In this document: in pieces, positions 51,388 through 61,091 of the stretch
Layout of the letters: every line of letters starts with the position of its first letter
How positions within the stretch are numbered: position 1 is the stretch's first letter
The notes under the pieces: generated by a model
The model's input: only the letters and a program-made list of their open reading frames with translations
What the model was told of the DNA's origin: nothing
Databases searched by the model: none
Position numbers and translations under genes: made by a program
Assembly: GCA_947259365.1 (NCBI GenBank)
Contig: CAMYMC010000042.1
Coordinates: 19,954 to 83,953 of the forward strand
DNA: 64,000 nucleotides
Reading direction: 5' to 3'
Origin: an uncultured Acidimicrobiaceae bacterium
Lineage (GTDB): Bacteria > Actinomycetota > Acidimicrobiia > Spongiisociales > UBA5794

Positions 51388-51872
51388 AGAACCGGTTGAC
51401 CATCCTTGCCGGGGTGACGGGGGTGCTTCTGGGGCTGTTCCTGGTCGGCACGGCGTGGGCGGCGACGACGACGGTCTCGCTCACCGTCGACAACAAGTTC
51501 GTCCCCGGGAGCCCCACCATCGAGGTCGGCGACACGGTCACGTTCACCTGGGACGGAGGCTTCCACGACGTCGTCTTCGCCGACGGCGTGAGCTCGGGCA
51601 CACCCGTCGGGGACGTCGGAACGACGTTCTCCCGAACGTTCGAGGCGACCGGAACCTACCCGTACGTCTGCACCGTCCACGAGGCGCTCGGCATGACGGG
51701 CACGATCACCGTGCTCGTCGCCGCCGGAGGCGGCGGTGCGGGAGGCGGCGGTGGCGGTGGCGGACAGCAGCTTCCCTTCACCGGGCCCGAGGACGGCATC
51801 CTCCCGATCGCGGGCGCGGCGCTCGTCGTAGCCGGCAGTCTTGTCCTCCTCCGGCTGAGGCGGGCCGGCTGA
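51384..51872 (+). CDS. plastocyanin-like cupredoxin with C-terminal LPFTG sortase sorting signal
   Basis: Signal peptide. Type-1 Cu ligands H61 (GGFHDVVF), C96-x2-H99-x4-M104 (YVCTVHEALGM). Gly-rich spacer, LPFTG at aa 130-134 (nt 51771-51785), hydrophobic helix and RLRRAG tail. Confidence 0.75.
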   Translation: MKNRLTILAGVTGVLLGLFLVGTAWAATTTVSLTVDNKFVPGSPTIEVGDTVTFTWDGGFHDVVFADGVSSGTPVGDVGTTFSRTFEATGTYPYVCTVHEALGMTGTITVLVAAGGGGAGGGGGGGGQQLPFTGPEDGILPIAGAALVVAGSLVLLRLRRAG

Positions 51873-51875
51873 GCA

Positions 51876-52724
51876 ATGCGTGACCCGTGGGTCGACGCGA
51901 CGGCGACACTGCCGGCCTACCGGCAGCCGACCGCGCCGCGTCGCCACCTCGTGCGGGCCAGCCTCGCCGCCCTCGCCACCGGGATGATCGTCCTCGGCCT
52001 CGGGCTCATGGCGCTCCCCGCCTTCGAGGAGGCGGCCGGCCAGTGGCAACAGCAGGAGCTCGCCACCGAGCGAGACGCCAGCATCACCCGCTACGGAAAC
52101 GCCCTCGCCGCCGCGTACGACGTGGTCGTCTCCGACTTCGAAGACCCCATCGTGGCCTTCGAGATCGGGGCGCTGCCCCGGGCTGCGGACGGGATCATCG
52201 TCGAGCTCGCCCCGGCGACACTGCCCGAGACGGCGTCACCGCCGCTCCCGCCGCCCCCGGCGGCAGGCCATGCACCCGCGTCGGGACCGGCAGCGGCAGC
52301 AGAGCCGGCGCTCGCGTTCGACAACGTCACGATCCGCATCCCCACCATCGGGGTCGACCAGGCCGTCGTCGAGGGGGTCGGGCGCGCCGACCTCAAGGTC
52401 GGGCCGGGGCACTACCCGGGGACGGCGCTCCCCGGTCACACCGGAAACATGGTCATCTCCGGGCACCGCACGACGTACACGAGGCCGTTCCACGACGTGG
52501 ACCTCCTCGCTCCAGGCGACCCGATCATCATCGACGTACCCTCCGGCTCGTTCCGCTACGTCGTCGAGCGGCAGTACGTCGTGGAAGCGACGGATCTCTC
52601 GCCGCTGCTCGCCACCGAGGAGGCGACGCTCACGCTCACGACCTGCACCCCGAAGGGCAGCGCCCGGAAGCGACTCGTCGTCGTCGCCCGGCTTGACGGG
52701 CCGCCGGTGGACGTGACCACGTGA
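51876..52724 (+). CDS. class E-type sortase (transpeptidase)
   Basis: N-terminal TM anchor. Catalytic His (MVISGHRTTY), Cys (TLTLTTCTP), Arg (RLVVVARL). 3 nt after the LPFTG gene. Confidence 0.75.
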   Translation: MRDPWVDATATLPAYRQPTAPRRHLVRASLAALATGMIVLGLGLMALPAFEEAAGQWQQQELATERDASITRYGNALAAAYDVVVSDFEDPIVAFEIGALPRAADGIIVELAPATLPETASPPLPPPPAAGHAPASGPAAAAEPALAFDNVTIRIPTIGVDQAVVEGVGRADLKVGPGHYPGTALPGHTGNMVISGHRTTYTRPFHDVDLLAPGDPIIIDVPSGSFRYVVERQYVVEATDLSPLLATEEATLTLTTCTPKGSARKRLVVVARLDGPPVDVTT

Positions 52725-52754
52725 CGCACCGACCACCCCGGGTCGCACCTACCC

Positions 52755-54491
52755 TTGGCGCCGATGGATGAGGGCACCTTCACCGGGGACTCCGGGCGCC
52801 TCCAACCTTCGTGGTGGCGCGACCTCGGCACGTGGGCGCGGGTGTCGCTCGCCGGGGTGCTCGCCGCCGGCCTACTCGCCATCGGCCTCGGGTGGTTCAT
52901 CCCCCGCGAGGTGGAGCAGCAGTTCCTCGAAGCCCAGATCGAAGAGGACCAGGCCGTCCTCTCCGCGCTCATGAGCACCCAGACGCTCGTCGCCGGAGGC
53001 GCGCCGGACATCGAGGTCCTCGACGCGTTCGTCGAGGAGGCCGTGCTCCGCGGCGACTTCGTCCGGGTGAAGCTGTGGTCGCCGGGAGGACGCGTCCTCT
53101 ACTCGGACGAGCACGCCCTCATCGGGCGCACCTTCCCCCTCGGTGAGGACCTCGGCCACGCCGCGATCAGCGGGCCCGTTTCGCATATCTCGAACCTGTC
53201 GGCCGACGAGAACGTCTTCGAGCGCGACCTCGGCCCGACGCTCCTCGAGACGTACCTCCCGGTGCTCGTCGACGGCGAGGTGGTCGCCCTGTGGGAGGTG
53301 TACCACTCCCTCGACGGGCTCAACAACGCCGTCTCCGGGGTGCGGCTCGCCGTGTGGATCAGCGTCGGGGCGGGGCTGGCGATCCTCGCGCTCTTCATGG
53401 TCTCTGCCTTCGGCAACCTCATCGCCACCGTCCAGCGCCGTCGCCGCGAGGCCGAGGCCCGCTCGGCCGAGCTGGAGACGCTGCTCGAGGTGGCCCGCAC
53501 CACCTCGGAGAGCCTGGACCCGGACGATGTCGCGCAGCGGGCGGTGCGCCTCCTCTACGAGACCGGCGGCTATCACTGCGTGGCCCTCACCCGCACCGAC
53601 GCCGAAGGCGGAGTCGTCCTCCTCGGCCTCGCCGGCGACGAGACCTGCGCCGCCGAGGGCCACGGCGCCGACGCGTCCGAATGCGACCCGCAGATCGCGA
53701 CGGCCGATTCCGAAGGCGGCCTCCTCACGCTCGTCGCCTGCAGCCACGCCGCGACGGCAGGGCACGGCAGCGGGCCGGCCGTCATCCAGGGGGCGGTCGA
53801 GGAGCTGCGCCTCGGCGTCGAACGGGCCGAGCTGTACCACCGGGTGGAGGCGAGCAGAGCCCAGCTGCGTGACGTCATGGACAAGCTCGTGTCGGCTCAA
53901 GAGGAGGAGCGGCAGCGCATCGTCGGCGAGGTCCACGACGGGCTCGGCCAGGACCTCCATCGCGTCCTCTTCGGGATCAGAGGGCTCATCGCCGCCACTC
54001 CCGAGGAGGTCGACACCGAGCTTGCGTCCCTCGAGGAGCTCGTCAACCAGTCGAGCCGCCGGCTGCGAAGGCTCCTCGCCGAGCTGCACCCGTCGGTCAT
54101 CGAGGACGTCGGGCTCGCCGCCTCGCTGCGGGGGCTCGTGGAGCGGATGAGCGAGGACTACGGGCTCCACGTCGAGCTCCAGATCGAGGGATTCTCCGAG
54201 CCGCCCGTCGACGTGCGCCTCTCGGCGTTCCGCATCGCCCAGGAGGCGCTGCAGAACATCGTCAAGCACTCCGGCACCCTCAACGGAGAGCTCACGGTCA
54301 CGCGGGAGAACGGGGTCCTCGCCTTGCGGGTCGCCGACTTCGGCAAGGGCATCGAGGAGGACCCAGGCGCCGGACTCGGCCTGTGGCTCATGCGGGAACG
54401 CGCCGAGGCCCTCGGGGGAACGCTGTTGGTGAACTCTGGGCCGATGGGCACCATCGTCGACGCCCGCTTCCCGGTGGGAGCCGCGGTATGA
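52755..54491 (+). CDS. sensor histidine kinase: 2 TM with about 160-aa extracytoplasmic domain, Cys-rich GAF-like domain, HisKA_3, HATPase_c
   Basis: H-box EERQRIVGEVHDGLGQDL; G-boxes. Five Cys in the cytoplasmic linker domain. Confidence 0.8.
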   Translation: MAPMDEGTFTGDSGRLQPSWWRDLGTWARVSLAGVLAAGLLAIGLGWFIPREVEQQFLEAQIEEDQAVLSALMSTQTLVAGGAPDIEVLDAFVEEAVLRGDFVRVKLWSPGGRVLYSDEHALIGRTFPLGEDLGHAAISGPVSHISNLSADENVFERDLGPTLLETYLPVLVDGEVVALWEVYHSLDGLNNAVSGVRLAVWISVGAGLAILALFMVSAFGNLIATVQRRRREAEARSAELETLLEVARTTSESLDPDDVAQRAVRLLYETGGYHCVALTRTDAEGGVVLLGLAGDETCAAEGHGADASECDPQIATADSEGGLLTLVACSHAATAGHGSGPAVIQGAVEELRLGVERAELYHRVEASRAQLRDVMDKLVSAQEEERQRIVGEVHDGLGQDLHRVLFGIRGLIAATPEEVDTELASLEELVNQSSRRLRRLLAELHPSVIEDVGLAASLRGLVERMSEDYGLHVELQIEGFSEPPVDVRLSAFRIAQEALQNIVKHSGTLNGELTVTRENGVLALRVADFGKGIEEDPGAGLGLWLMRERAEALGGTLLVNSGPMGTIVDARFPVGAAV

Positions 54492-55126
54492 CGCCGGTGA
54501 CCATCATGATCGTCGACGACCACCCGGTCCTCCGCCAGGGCTTGCGCTTCATGCTGCAGCACTCCGAGGAGGTCGAGGTCGTCGCCGAGGCGTCCGACGG
54601 CGAGGAAGCGCTCATCAGACTCGCCGAGTCCCAGCCAGACGTCGTGCTCCTCGACGTGAAGATGCCCGGCATGGACGGGCTCACGACCCTGGAGCTGATC
54701 CGGGACGCGTGGCCCCAGCTGCCGGTTCTCATCCTCTCCATGTACGACGACCCCGAATACGTCGAACAGGCGCTCCACACCGGCGCCGCCGGCTATCTCC
54801 TCAAGACGGTCGCACCCGATGAGCTTGTTCGGGCGGTCGGGGCCGCCGCAGGCGGCGCCGGCTACCTCCAGGCCGAGATCACGAGACCGGTCCTGCGGCG
54901 CTTCGCCTCGTTGACGCCGACCGACATCAAGGTGACCCTGTCCGCCCGGGAGAGGGAGGTGCTCCAGCTCGTCGCCGACGGGATGTCGACGAAACAAGCC
55001 GCGGTCGCTCTGGAGATCTCGGAATCGACGGTAAAGACGTACCTCCGTCAGCTCTTCGACAAGCTCGGCGCCACACATCGCGCCCACGCCGTCGCCCTCG
55101 CCCTCCGCCATCGCATCATCGAGTGA
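54488..55126 (+). CDS. NarL/LuxR-family response regulator
   Basis: REC domain (IMIVDDHP...LLDVKMPGMDG) plus LuxR HTH. ATGA overlap with the kinase. Confidence 0.85.
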   Translation: MTPVTIMIVDDHPVLRQGLRFMLQHSEEVEVVAEASDGEEALIRLAESQPDVVLLDVKMPGMDGLTTLELIRDAWPQLPVLILSMYDDPEYVEQALHTGAAGYLLKTVAPDELVRAVGAAAGGAGYLQAEITRPVLRRFASLTPTDIKVTLSAREREVLQLVADGMSTKQAAVALEISESTVKTYLRQLFDKLGATHRAHAVALALRHRIIE

Positions 55127-55209
55127 GGCGCGGCGAGACGGCCGTCCCGGCCGTGTGGCACCGGGGACGCCGGGACGCCGTCGGGCAACCGAGCCACTAG
55201 GTTGGCGCC

Positions 55210-55692
55210 ATGGCACGCAAGGACATCACGATGAGCGACGCCGAGATCCTGGCGTTTCTCGAAGAGGAGCCACCCCACGTCCTCCAGGTCGCATCGACCG
55301 GCCGGGATGGATTCCCCCACCTCGCCCCGATGTGGTTCGTCGTCGACGACAGCAAGATCGTGTTCCGCTCCTTCACGAAGTCGCAGAAGATCGTCAACCT
55401 CATGCGGGACCCGAAGCTGTCGGTCCTCGTCGAGGCGGGCCACGCCTACTCCGAGTTGCGTGGCGTCATGATCCGGGGAGAGGCCCGCCTCGTCACCGAT
55501 CCGGGCTTCGTGCTCGAGCTCTACGGCAAGCTCGCCGCCCGTTACCCCATGACCGGCAGCGAGCCCGTCGCCCTCGCCCCCGACGAGCTCGAAGCGGCAT
55601 TCGGCAGGCACGCGTCCAAGAACACCGCGGTCGTCGTCGAGCCGGTCAAGGTCGCCTCGTGGGATCACCGCAAGCTCGGCGGCGCCTACTGA
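55210..55692 (+). CDS. PPOX-class (pyridoxamine 5'-phosphate oxidase-like) putative F420/FMN-dependent oxidoreductase
   Basis: Split-barrel fold signature; about 160 aa. Confidence 0.6.
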   Translation: MARKDITMSDAEILAFLEEEPPHVLQVASTGRDGFPHLAPMWFVVDDSKIVFRSFTKSQKIVNLMRDPKLSVLVEAGHAYSELRGVMIRGEARLVTDPGFVLELYGKLAARYPMTGSEPVALAPDELEAAFGRHASKNTAVVVEPVKVASWDHRKLGGAY

Positions 55693-55704
55693 CCACGGAG
55701 CCCC

Positions 55705-56565
55705 TCACCCCCGGTCGAGCGCTCCCTCGAGAACAGCGTGGAGCGAATCAGGGGACTCGACCTCGACGACTGCCGTCGACGGCGCGTGCCTCGTCACGTA
55801 CGCCGCCAGGGTTGCCCGCGAGGCATCATCGACGCCGCCTCCGATGAGGAGGGCGGCAAAGCTGCCGGGGTTGAGCAACTCGAGCGCCGATTCGTCGTCG
55901 ACGACGCCCACCGGCTCGTAGCCGAGCTCGCGCAGCTCGGTGGTGACCCTCCTCGTCGTCGCCGGATGACCGCCGACGACGAGGACGCGCCTGCGGGTCG
56001 CCCTGATTCGCAGCGTCAGCCCTCGCAGCGCCAGCACGAGCCTGCGAATCTGGTCGAGGGTCCTGTCGTCGATCAGCCGGCCCGCCTCGAACTTGTCCCA
56101 CGGATCGGAGATCAGCACCTCCGGTTTCTGCACCATGCGCAGGTCGCTGTGGAGCGCGATGTCCCTGAAATGCGCCTGCGCTCTCGCCGTGCCGAGTCTG
56201 CCTCCCGCTCCGAGGACGGCCGCCGGCTTGAGGTTGAGCGGCGAGCGCGGGGGACGGGACGCCCAGTCGATCGCGTTCTTCAGCACGCCGGTCACCGAGA
56301 AGTTGTACTCGGGGGTGGCGACGAGCAGGGCATCGGCGCCATCGATCTGGTCGCGAAGGCGAACGACGGACGCCGGAAAGCCGTGCTCCCGCTCGTCGTC
56401 CTCGTTGAAGTGCGGCAGGTCGCCGATCTCGGCGATCTCGAGGCTCATGTCGTCGGGCATGACCTTGGCTGCAGCCCGAAGCGTCGCCGTGTTGTACGAC
56501 GCCCGGCGAAGGCTCCCCGAGATGCCCAGGATTCGCAGCTGCGTCGTCTCGACCATGCCGTTCAC
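55705..56565 (-). CDS. NADPH-dependent FMN reductase family protein with C-terminal extension
   Basis: LGISGSLRRASYN; flavodoxin-like fold. Confidence 0.7.
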   Translation of the reverse strand: MNGMVETTQLRILGISGSLRRASYNTATLRAAAKVMPDDMSLEIAEIGDLPHFNEDDEREHGFPASVVRLRDQIDGADALLVATPEYNFSVTGVLKNAIDWASRPPRSPLNLKPAAVLGAGGRLGTARAQAHFRDIALHSDLRMVQKPEVLISDPWDKFEAGRLIDDRTLDQIRRLVLALRGLTLRIRATRRRVLVVGGHPATTRRVTTELRELGYEPVGVVDDESALELLNPGSFAALLIGGGVDDASRATLAAYVTRHAPSTAVVEVESPDSLHAVLEGALDRG

Positions 56566-56621
56566 CCTAGGCGGGGCCCGATGGCGCGAAGGGCGGCAAC
56601 TCAGGGTCCCACCGCAGTAGG

Positions 56622-57251
56622 GTGCCCGGCGTCGTGAGCGGGTATGTGAAGACGACGCTCGACGCGACCGATCTCGAATCCGGAGTCGCGTACAAGCTGC
56701 TCATCGGCCTCGTCGTGCCCCGACCCATCGGGTGGATCGGCACGAGATCGGCCGACGGCGGCCGCAACCTCGCACCCTTCTCCTTCTTCAACGCGGTGGC
56801 GTGGCGCCCGCCGACCGTGCTCTTTTCCACCGAGCTCATCACGAAGTACAAGGACACGCTGCGCAACGTCGAGGCCACCGAGGCATTCACCGTCAACGTC
56901 GTGACCGAAGAGGTCGCGGAGGCCATGAACGTCACCTCGGGGACGTATCCCCCCGACGTAGACGAGTTCGACGTCGCCGGGCTGACGGCTGTCGACGCCG
57001 ACCTCGTGTCTGCCCCGATGGTCGCCGAGGCCAAGGCGAACATGGAGTGCCGGATGACCCGGGTGGTGCGCGTCGGTGAGCCGCCGTCCGCGGCGGTCGT
57101 CTTCGGCGAGGTGCTGCGGCTCCACGTCGCCGACGACGTCCTCGACGAGCGCCTCCGCGTCGACCCCGTGGCGCTGAAGGCCGTGGGGCGGATGGCGGGG
57201 AGGGGTTACACGACGACGAGGGACCTCTTCTTCCTCGAGCGGCCGGACTGA
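56622..57251 (+). CDS. flavin reductase-like (FMN-binding split barrel) protein
   Basis: VPRPIGWIGT...APFSFFNAV motif. Confidence 0.7.
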   Translation: MPGVVSGYVKTTLDATDLESGVAYKLLIGLVVPRPIGWIGTRSADGGRNLAPFSFFNAVAWRPPTVLFSTELITKYKDTLRNVEATEAFTVNVVTEEVAEAMNVTSGTYPPDVDEFDVAGLTAVDADLVSAPMVAEAKANMECRMTRVVRVGEPPSAAVVFGEVLRLHVADDVLDERLRVDPVALKAVGRMAGRGYTTTRDLFFLERPD

Positions 57252-57261
57252 GGCGCCGATC

Positions 57262-57669
57262 TCAGCCCGAGAGCCGGTCCCAGGGCACGCCGGCGACGAC
57301 GAGGACGACGGTGACGAACAGCCCGTACCCCATCACCTTGTTCGGCTCGGCTTCGGGATGCGTCCGCGCGTAGCCGAGGGCGAGATGGGCTGCGGCGAGG
57401 GCGGCGAGCATGAAGATGGGGTGGAAGACGGCAATGAACGTTCCTTCGTCCCAGCCGCTGTTGCCGAGATACAGCACGATCCCGATGAGCACCTGGACGT
57501 CGAGAGCGATGACCGCGGCCGAGAAATAGCCCGCTTCCCAGCCCTCTCCCTTGAGGTGGCGGCTCAATGCCAGGCCGGTCCCGGCGACGAGGCCGAGGAG
57601 GACGAGCCAGCGGACCCAGCTGTGGATGTCGACGAGTGTCTCCACGCCATCCCCTTCCACGGGTGACAC
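57262..57669 (-). CDS. small membrane protein (4 TM), hypothetical
   Basis: Hydrophobic helices; start ambiguous (ATG 57669 or internal GTG). Confidence 0.45.
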   Translation of the reverse strand: MSPVEGDGVETLVDIHSWVRWLVLLGLVAGTGLALSRHLKGEGWEAGYFSAAVIALDVQVLIGIVLYLGNSGWDEGTFIAVFHPIFMLAALAAAHLALGYARTHPEAEPNKVMGYGLFVTVVLVVAGVPWDRLSG

Positions 57670-57726
57670 CCCGACATTCTGCGGATCCAGGTCGCCGAGG
57701 GCAAGGAATCCCGCTCTCGCAGCAGG

Positions 57727-59394
57727 TCACGGCCTGGGGATGGCCCGTCCGTTGCAGTCGAGGCCTTCCGCCGGCCGGTACGTGGCGATGACCATGTCGT
57801 CGAGCGTCGTGCCGTCCGGGGCCGTGCGCGTCCGGAAGGTGTTGACCCGGGTGCACGCCCCGATTCGGAACGAGCTCTGCCCGGACTCGGCGACGTCCCA
57901 GTACTTCGTCGAGTAGAACTGCACGGTGATCGACGTGTCGGTGTAACTCGTCCAGATGAGCAGCCCGTACGGGGTGTTGTTGACGACGGCGAGGTCGGGC
58001 GCGGGGAACGACAGCGTCGCTTCCCGCCCGTACGGGTAGCGGCTGATGTAGATCGTGTGGGACCGGTAGGCGTCGAAGTCGAGGCCGGCCAGGAACGCCG
58101 CGTTGAACATCGTCGTGGCGAACTGCGAGATTCCGCCGCCGACGTCGTCGACGAAGTGGCCCTGGCTGATCGTGCCGGCGGCGACGAAACCCTTCTCCCG
58201 CGTCCTGGGTCCGATGAACTCGTTGATGGAGAACACCTCCCCCGGCTCGAGCATCTGGCCCCGGACGAGATCCGCGATGCGATGGATGTTGCTCACCCTC
58301 GACTGGCAGCAGCGGTGCCTCGTCGTGAACTCACCAACGACCTCCTCGATGCCGAGGCTCTCGACACGGGCCCGGCCGCCGTCCGGTTCGGCGAGACGGA
58401 CCGGCAGCTCCACGGTCTCGAGGCCACCAGAGGCGGCGGCGTCGTACATGAGCTCGGTGATACCGGCGTCGGCGGCGCAGCAGCGGTACGCCGGCGTCCC
58501 CAGCTCGAAGGAGACCTCGCCGTCGACGACGTCGAACGTCGGTGGCCCCGGCTCGCTCGTCAGCGGCGCCAGCAGCCGCTCCAGCGAGGGTTCGACTCGC
58601 TCCGGGACGAAGACCGGCACGAGGGTCCCGCCGGACACCACCCCATCGATCCAGGCGCGGACGCTCCCGGCGCCGATGACGGCGGGATGGTCGTTGACGG
58701 CAACACGGAGCGGGACCGCCAGGCGCTGCGCGGCGGCGATCGCGGCATCGAGCTGCAGGTCGGAGATGTCGGTCGGCTCGACGCCCCACGCCACGTCGAC
58801 GGCGTCGGGAGGGTGCGACGGCGCGAGCGCCGCCTCGAGGGCCCTCACGACGAGCCGGTGGTCGAGGTACTGACCCGGAACCGGACGCTGCACCTCGAAC
58901 CCACCGACGACGCCGGTGAACGTCGGCTCGATGGGGACGCTGCGGAGCCGATCGGGGTGGGATTCGACGAACGTGCGGGTCGCCGACGGATCGACGAAGA
59001 ACTCCATCTCGAGGTCCTCGCCCTCGTACCAGGAACGGACCCACGACCGGAAGTCGTCGACGACGCCCGGACCGGAGCCGACCCTCATCGCCGCCGCCGC
59101 GATGGCCTCCCGGTCGTAGCGAAGACCCAGCTCCCCCGCGCCAGCAGTGATCGTCAGACCCGGTAGGTGCAGCTCGATGTCCTCGGCCAGCCGATCAGCG
59201 CCGATTCCGTCGATGGCGCGTTCGAGGTCGGCGGCACCGAGGCCGCCGATCGCCCGACCTTCGAGCGTCACGTTGCGGGGCACCTCGGCATCGGTCACGG
59301 CCCGGTCGACGATGTACGCCCCGCCCACGAGGAGCACCACCAGCGGTGGAACAGAAAAGATCGCGATGACGAGCGATCGCACGAGCCGTCGCAT
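57727..59394 (-). CDS. VanW-family protein (N-terminal TM anchor)
   Basis: C-terminal VanW motifs (YRSHTIYISRYPYGREATLS, NNTPYGLLIWTSYT); 555 aa from MRRLVRS. Confidence 0.7.
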   Translation of the reverse strand: MRRLVRSLVIAIFSVPPLVVLLVGGAYIVDRAVTDAEVPRNVTLEGRAIGGLGAADLERAIDGIGADRLAEDIELHLPGLTITAGAGELGLRYDREAIAAAAMRVGSGPGVVDDFRSWVRSWYEGEDLEMEFFVDPSATRTFVESHPDRLRSVPIEPTFTGVVGGFEVQRPVPGQYLDHRLVVRALEAALAPSHPPDAVDVAWGVEPTDISDLQLDAAIAAAQRLAVPLRVAVNDHPAVIGAGSVRAWIDGVVSGGTLVPVFVPERVEPSLERLLAPLTSEPGPPTFDVVDGEVSFELGTPAYRCCAADAGITELMYDAAASGGLETVELPVRLAEPDGGRARVESLGIEEVVGEFTTRHRCCQSRVSNIHRIADLVRGQMLEPGEVFSINEFIGPRTREKGFVAAGTISQGHFVDDVGGGISQFATTMFNAAFLAGLDFDAYRSHTIYISRYPYGREATLSFPAPDLAVVNNTPYGLLIWTSYTDTSITVQFYSTKYWDVAESGQSSFRIGACTRVNTFRTRTAPDGTTLDDMVIATYRPAEGLDCNGRAIPRP

Positions 59395-59433
59395 GGGGCG
59401 GGATGGTAGGGGGAACCCCCCCTTGTTCAATAC

Positions 59434-59468
59434 ATATCGATTCGATATAGTTATATCGGATCGATATA
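59434..59468. promoter_or_regulatory. two AT-rich palindromes ATATCGATTCGATAT and TATATCGGATCGATATA (candidate PadR operators)
   Basis: Located 14-48 nt upstream of the PadR ATG in an otherwise GC-rich genome. Both share the ATATCGA half-site. Confidence 0.55.
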
Positions 59469-59481
59469 ACATGGACCGATC

Positions 59482-59979
59482 ATGATGGATCTCGCCGTTC
59501 TCGGACTGCTCCACGAGGGGCCGCTCCACGGATACCAGGTACGACGCCGGCTCCACGAGCTCGGGTTCCGCCGGGTGTCCTTCGGCTCGCTCTACCCGGC
59601 GATTCGCCGGCTCGAGGGACGGGGGTGGATCGCGGCGAGGCGCGGCAACGGCCGGCGCAAGGAGTACGGGCTCACCGAGGAGGGTCGCCGCGCCTTCGAG
59701 GAGCTGCTCGATGCCGGGGTCGACGACGGCGACGAGCGGAGATTCCGGATCCGGCTCGCCTTCTTCGCCCATCTCGAGCCCCACCGGCGGATCGCGGTGC
59801 TCGAAGAGCGCCGGGCGGTGCTGACCGACCGGCTCGCAGAGCTGCGGCGGAACCGGCGGCGGAGCACGCCGGCCGACCGCTACACGGTGGCGCTGATGGA
59901 GCGCAGCGTGGCGACGACCGAGAGCGAGATCGCATGGCTCGACGGCCTCGTCGCCGCCGAGCGGGCGGGTCGCACGTGA
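59482..59979 (+). CDS. PadR-family transcriptional regulator
   Basis: [17 protein letters not shown]...[13 protein letters not shown] wHTH. Confidence 0.8.
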   Translation: MMDLAVLGLLHEGPLHGYQVRRRLHELGFRRVSFGSLYPAIRRLEGRGWIAARRGNGRRKEYGLTEEGRRAFEELLDAGVDDGDERRFRIRLAFFAHLEPHRRIAVLEERRAVLTDRLAELRRNRRRSTPADRYTVALMERSVATTESEIAWLDGLVAAERAGRT

Positions 59980-61091
59980 TCGAACGGCACCCCGGCAGAG
60001 ACGAGTCGGCAATGGAGGCAACAGTGGACAGCGTGAAGGTCGCAATCGCCGGAGTCGGCAACTGCGCGAACGCCCTCCTTCAGGGCGTCACGTACTACGA
60101 GAAGGCGGACCCCGACGAGACGGTCCCGGGGCTCATGCACGTCGAGCTCGGCGGCTACCACGTGGGCGACATCGAATTCGTCGCTGCCTTCGACGTCGAC
60201 GCCGCCAAGGTCGGCACCGACCTGAGCGAGGCGATGTGGGCGTTCCCCAACGACACGATCGCCTTCGCCGACGTCCCCGACCTCGGGGTGACGGTGCAAC
60301 GGGGCCCGACCCTCGACGGCCTCGGCACGTACTACCGAGGCGAGATCGAGGAGTCGGACGCACCGGCCATCGACGTGGCCCGGGTGCTCACGGCGAGCGG
60401 CGCCGACGTGCTCGTCTCGTATCTCCCCGTCGGATCACAGCTCGCGACCCAGCACTACGCCGCCGCCGCGCTCGAGGCGGGCATCGCCTTCGTCAACTGC
60501 ATCCCGGTGTTCATCGCCTCGAATGGGGACTGGGGGGCACGCTTCACCGCCGCCGGTGTGCCGATCATCGGGGACGACATCAAGTCCCAGGTCGGAGCGA
60601 CGATCGTCCACCGCACCCTGGCCCGGCTCTTCGAGGACCGGGGCGTGCCCGTCGAGCGCACGTACCAGCTCAACGTCGGCGGGAACATGGACTTCATGAA
60701 CATGCTGGAACGGGAGCGGCTCCAGTCCAAGAAGGTGTCGAAGACCCGATCGGTGACGAGCCAGCTCGACCACGACGTCGCCGCCGGAGACGTCCACATC
60801 GGCCCTTCCGATCACGTGCCGTGGCTCACCGACCGCAAGCTCGCGTTCATCCGGCTCGAGGGGAGCGGCTTCGGCGACGTACCGCTCACCGCCGAGCTCA
60901 AGCTGGAGGTGTGGGATTCCCCCAACTCGGCCGGCGTCGTGATCGACGCCATCCGCTGCGCCCGGCTCGCTCTCGATCGGGGGATCGGCGGACCCCTCGA
61001 GGGCCCGTCGTCGTACTTCATGAAGAGCCCGCCGGTGCAGCACCGCGATGGCGTCGCTCGCGATCTGGTAGAACGGTTCATCGAGGGTTGA
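59976..61091 (+). CDS. ino1: myo-inositol-1-phosphate synthase (actinobacterial/archaeal Ino1 type)
   Basis: Near-colinear with M. tuberculosis Ino1 motifs ([76 protein letters not shown]). GTG 59976 overlaps the PadR stop (alternative ATG 60012). Confidence 0.9.
   Translation: MIERHPGRDESAMEATVDSVKVAIAGVGNCANALLQGVTYYEKADPDETVPGLMHVELGGYHVGDIEFVAAFDVDAAKVGTDLSEAMWAFPNDTIAFADVPDLGVTVQRGPTLDGLGTYYRGEIEESDAPAIDVARVLTASGADVLVSYLPVGSQLATQHYAAAALEAGIAFVNCIPVFIASNGDWGARFTAAGVPIIGDDIKSQVGATIVHRTLARLFEDRGVPVERTYQLNVGGNMDFMNMLERERLQSKKVSKTRSVTSQLDHDVAAGDVHIGPSDHVPWLTDRKLAFIRLEGSGFGDVPLTAELKLEVWDSPNSAGVVIDAIRCARLALDRGIGGPLEGPSSYFMKSPPVQHRDGVARDLVERFIEG

Noticed and set aside
52872-54269. 465-aa minus ORF inside the sensor kinase
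   Set aside because: Antisense artefact; the plus frame has H-box and ATPase motifs.
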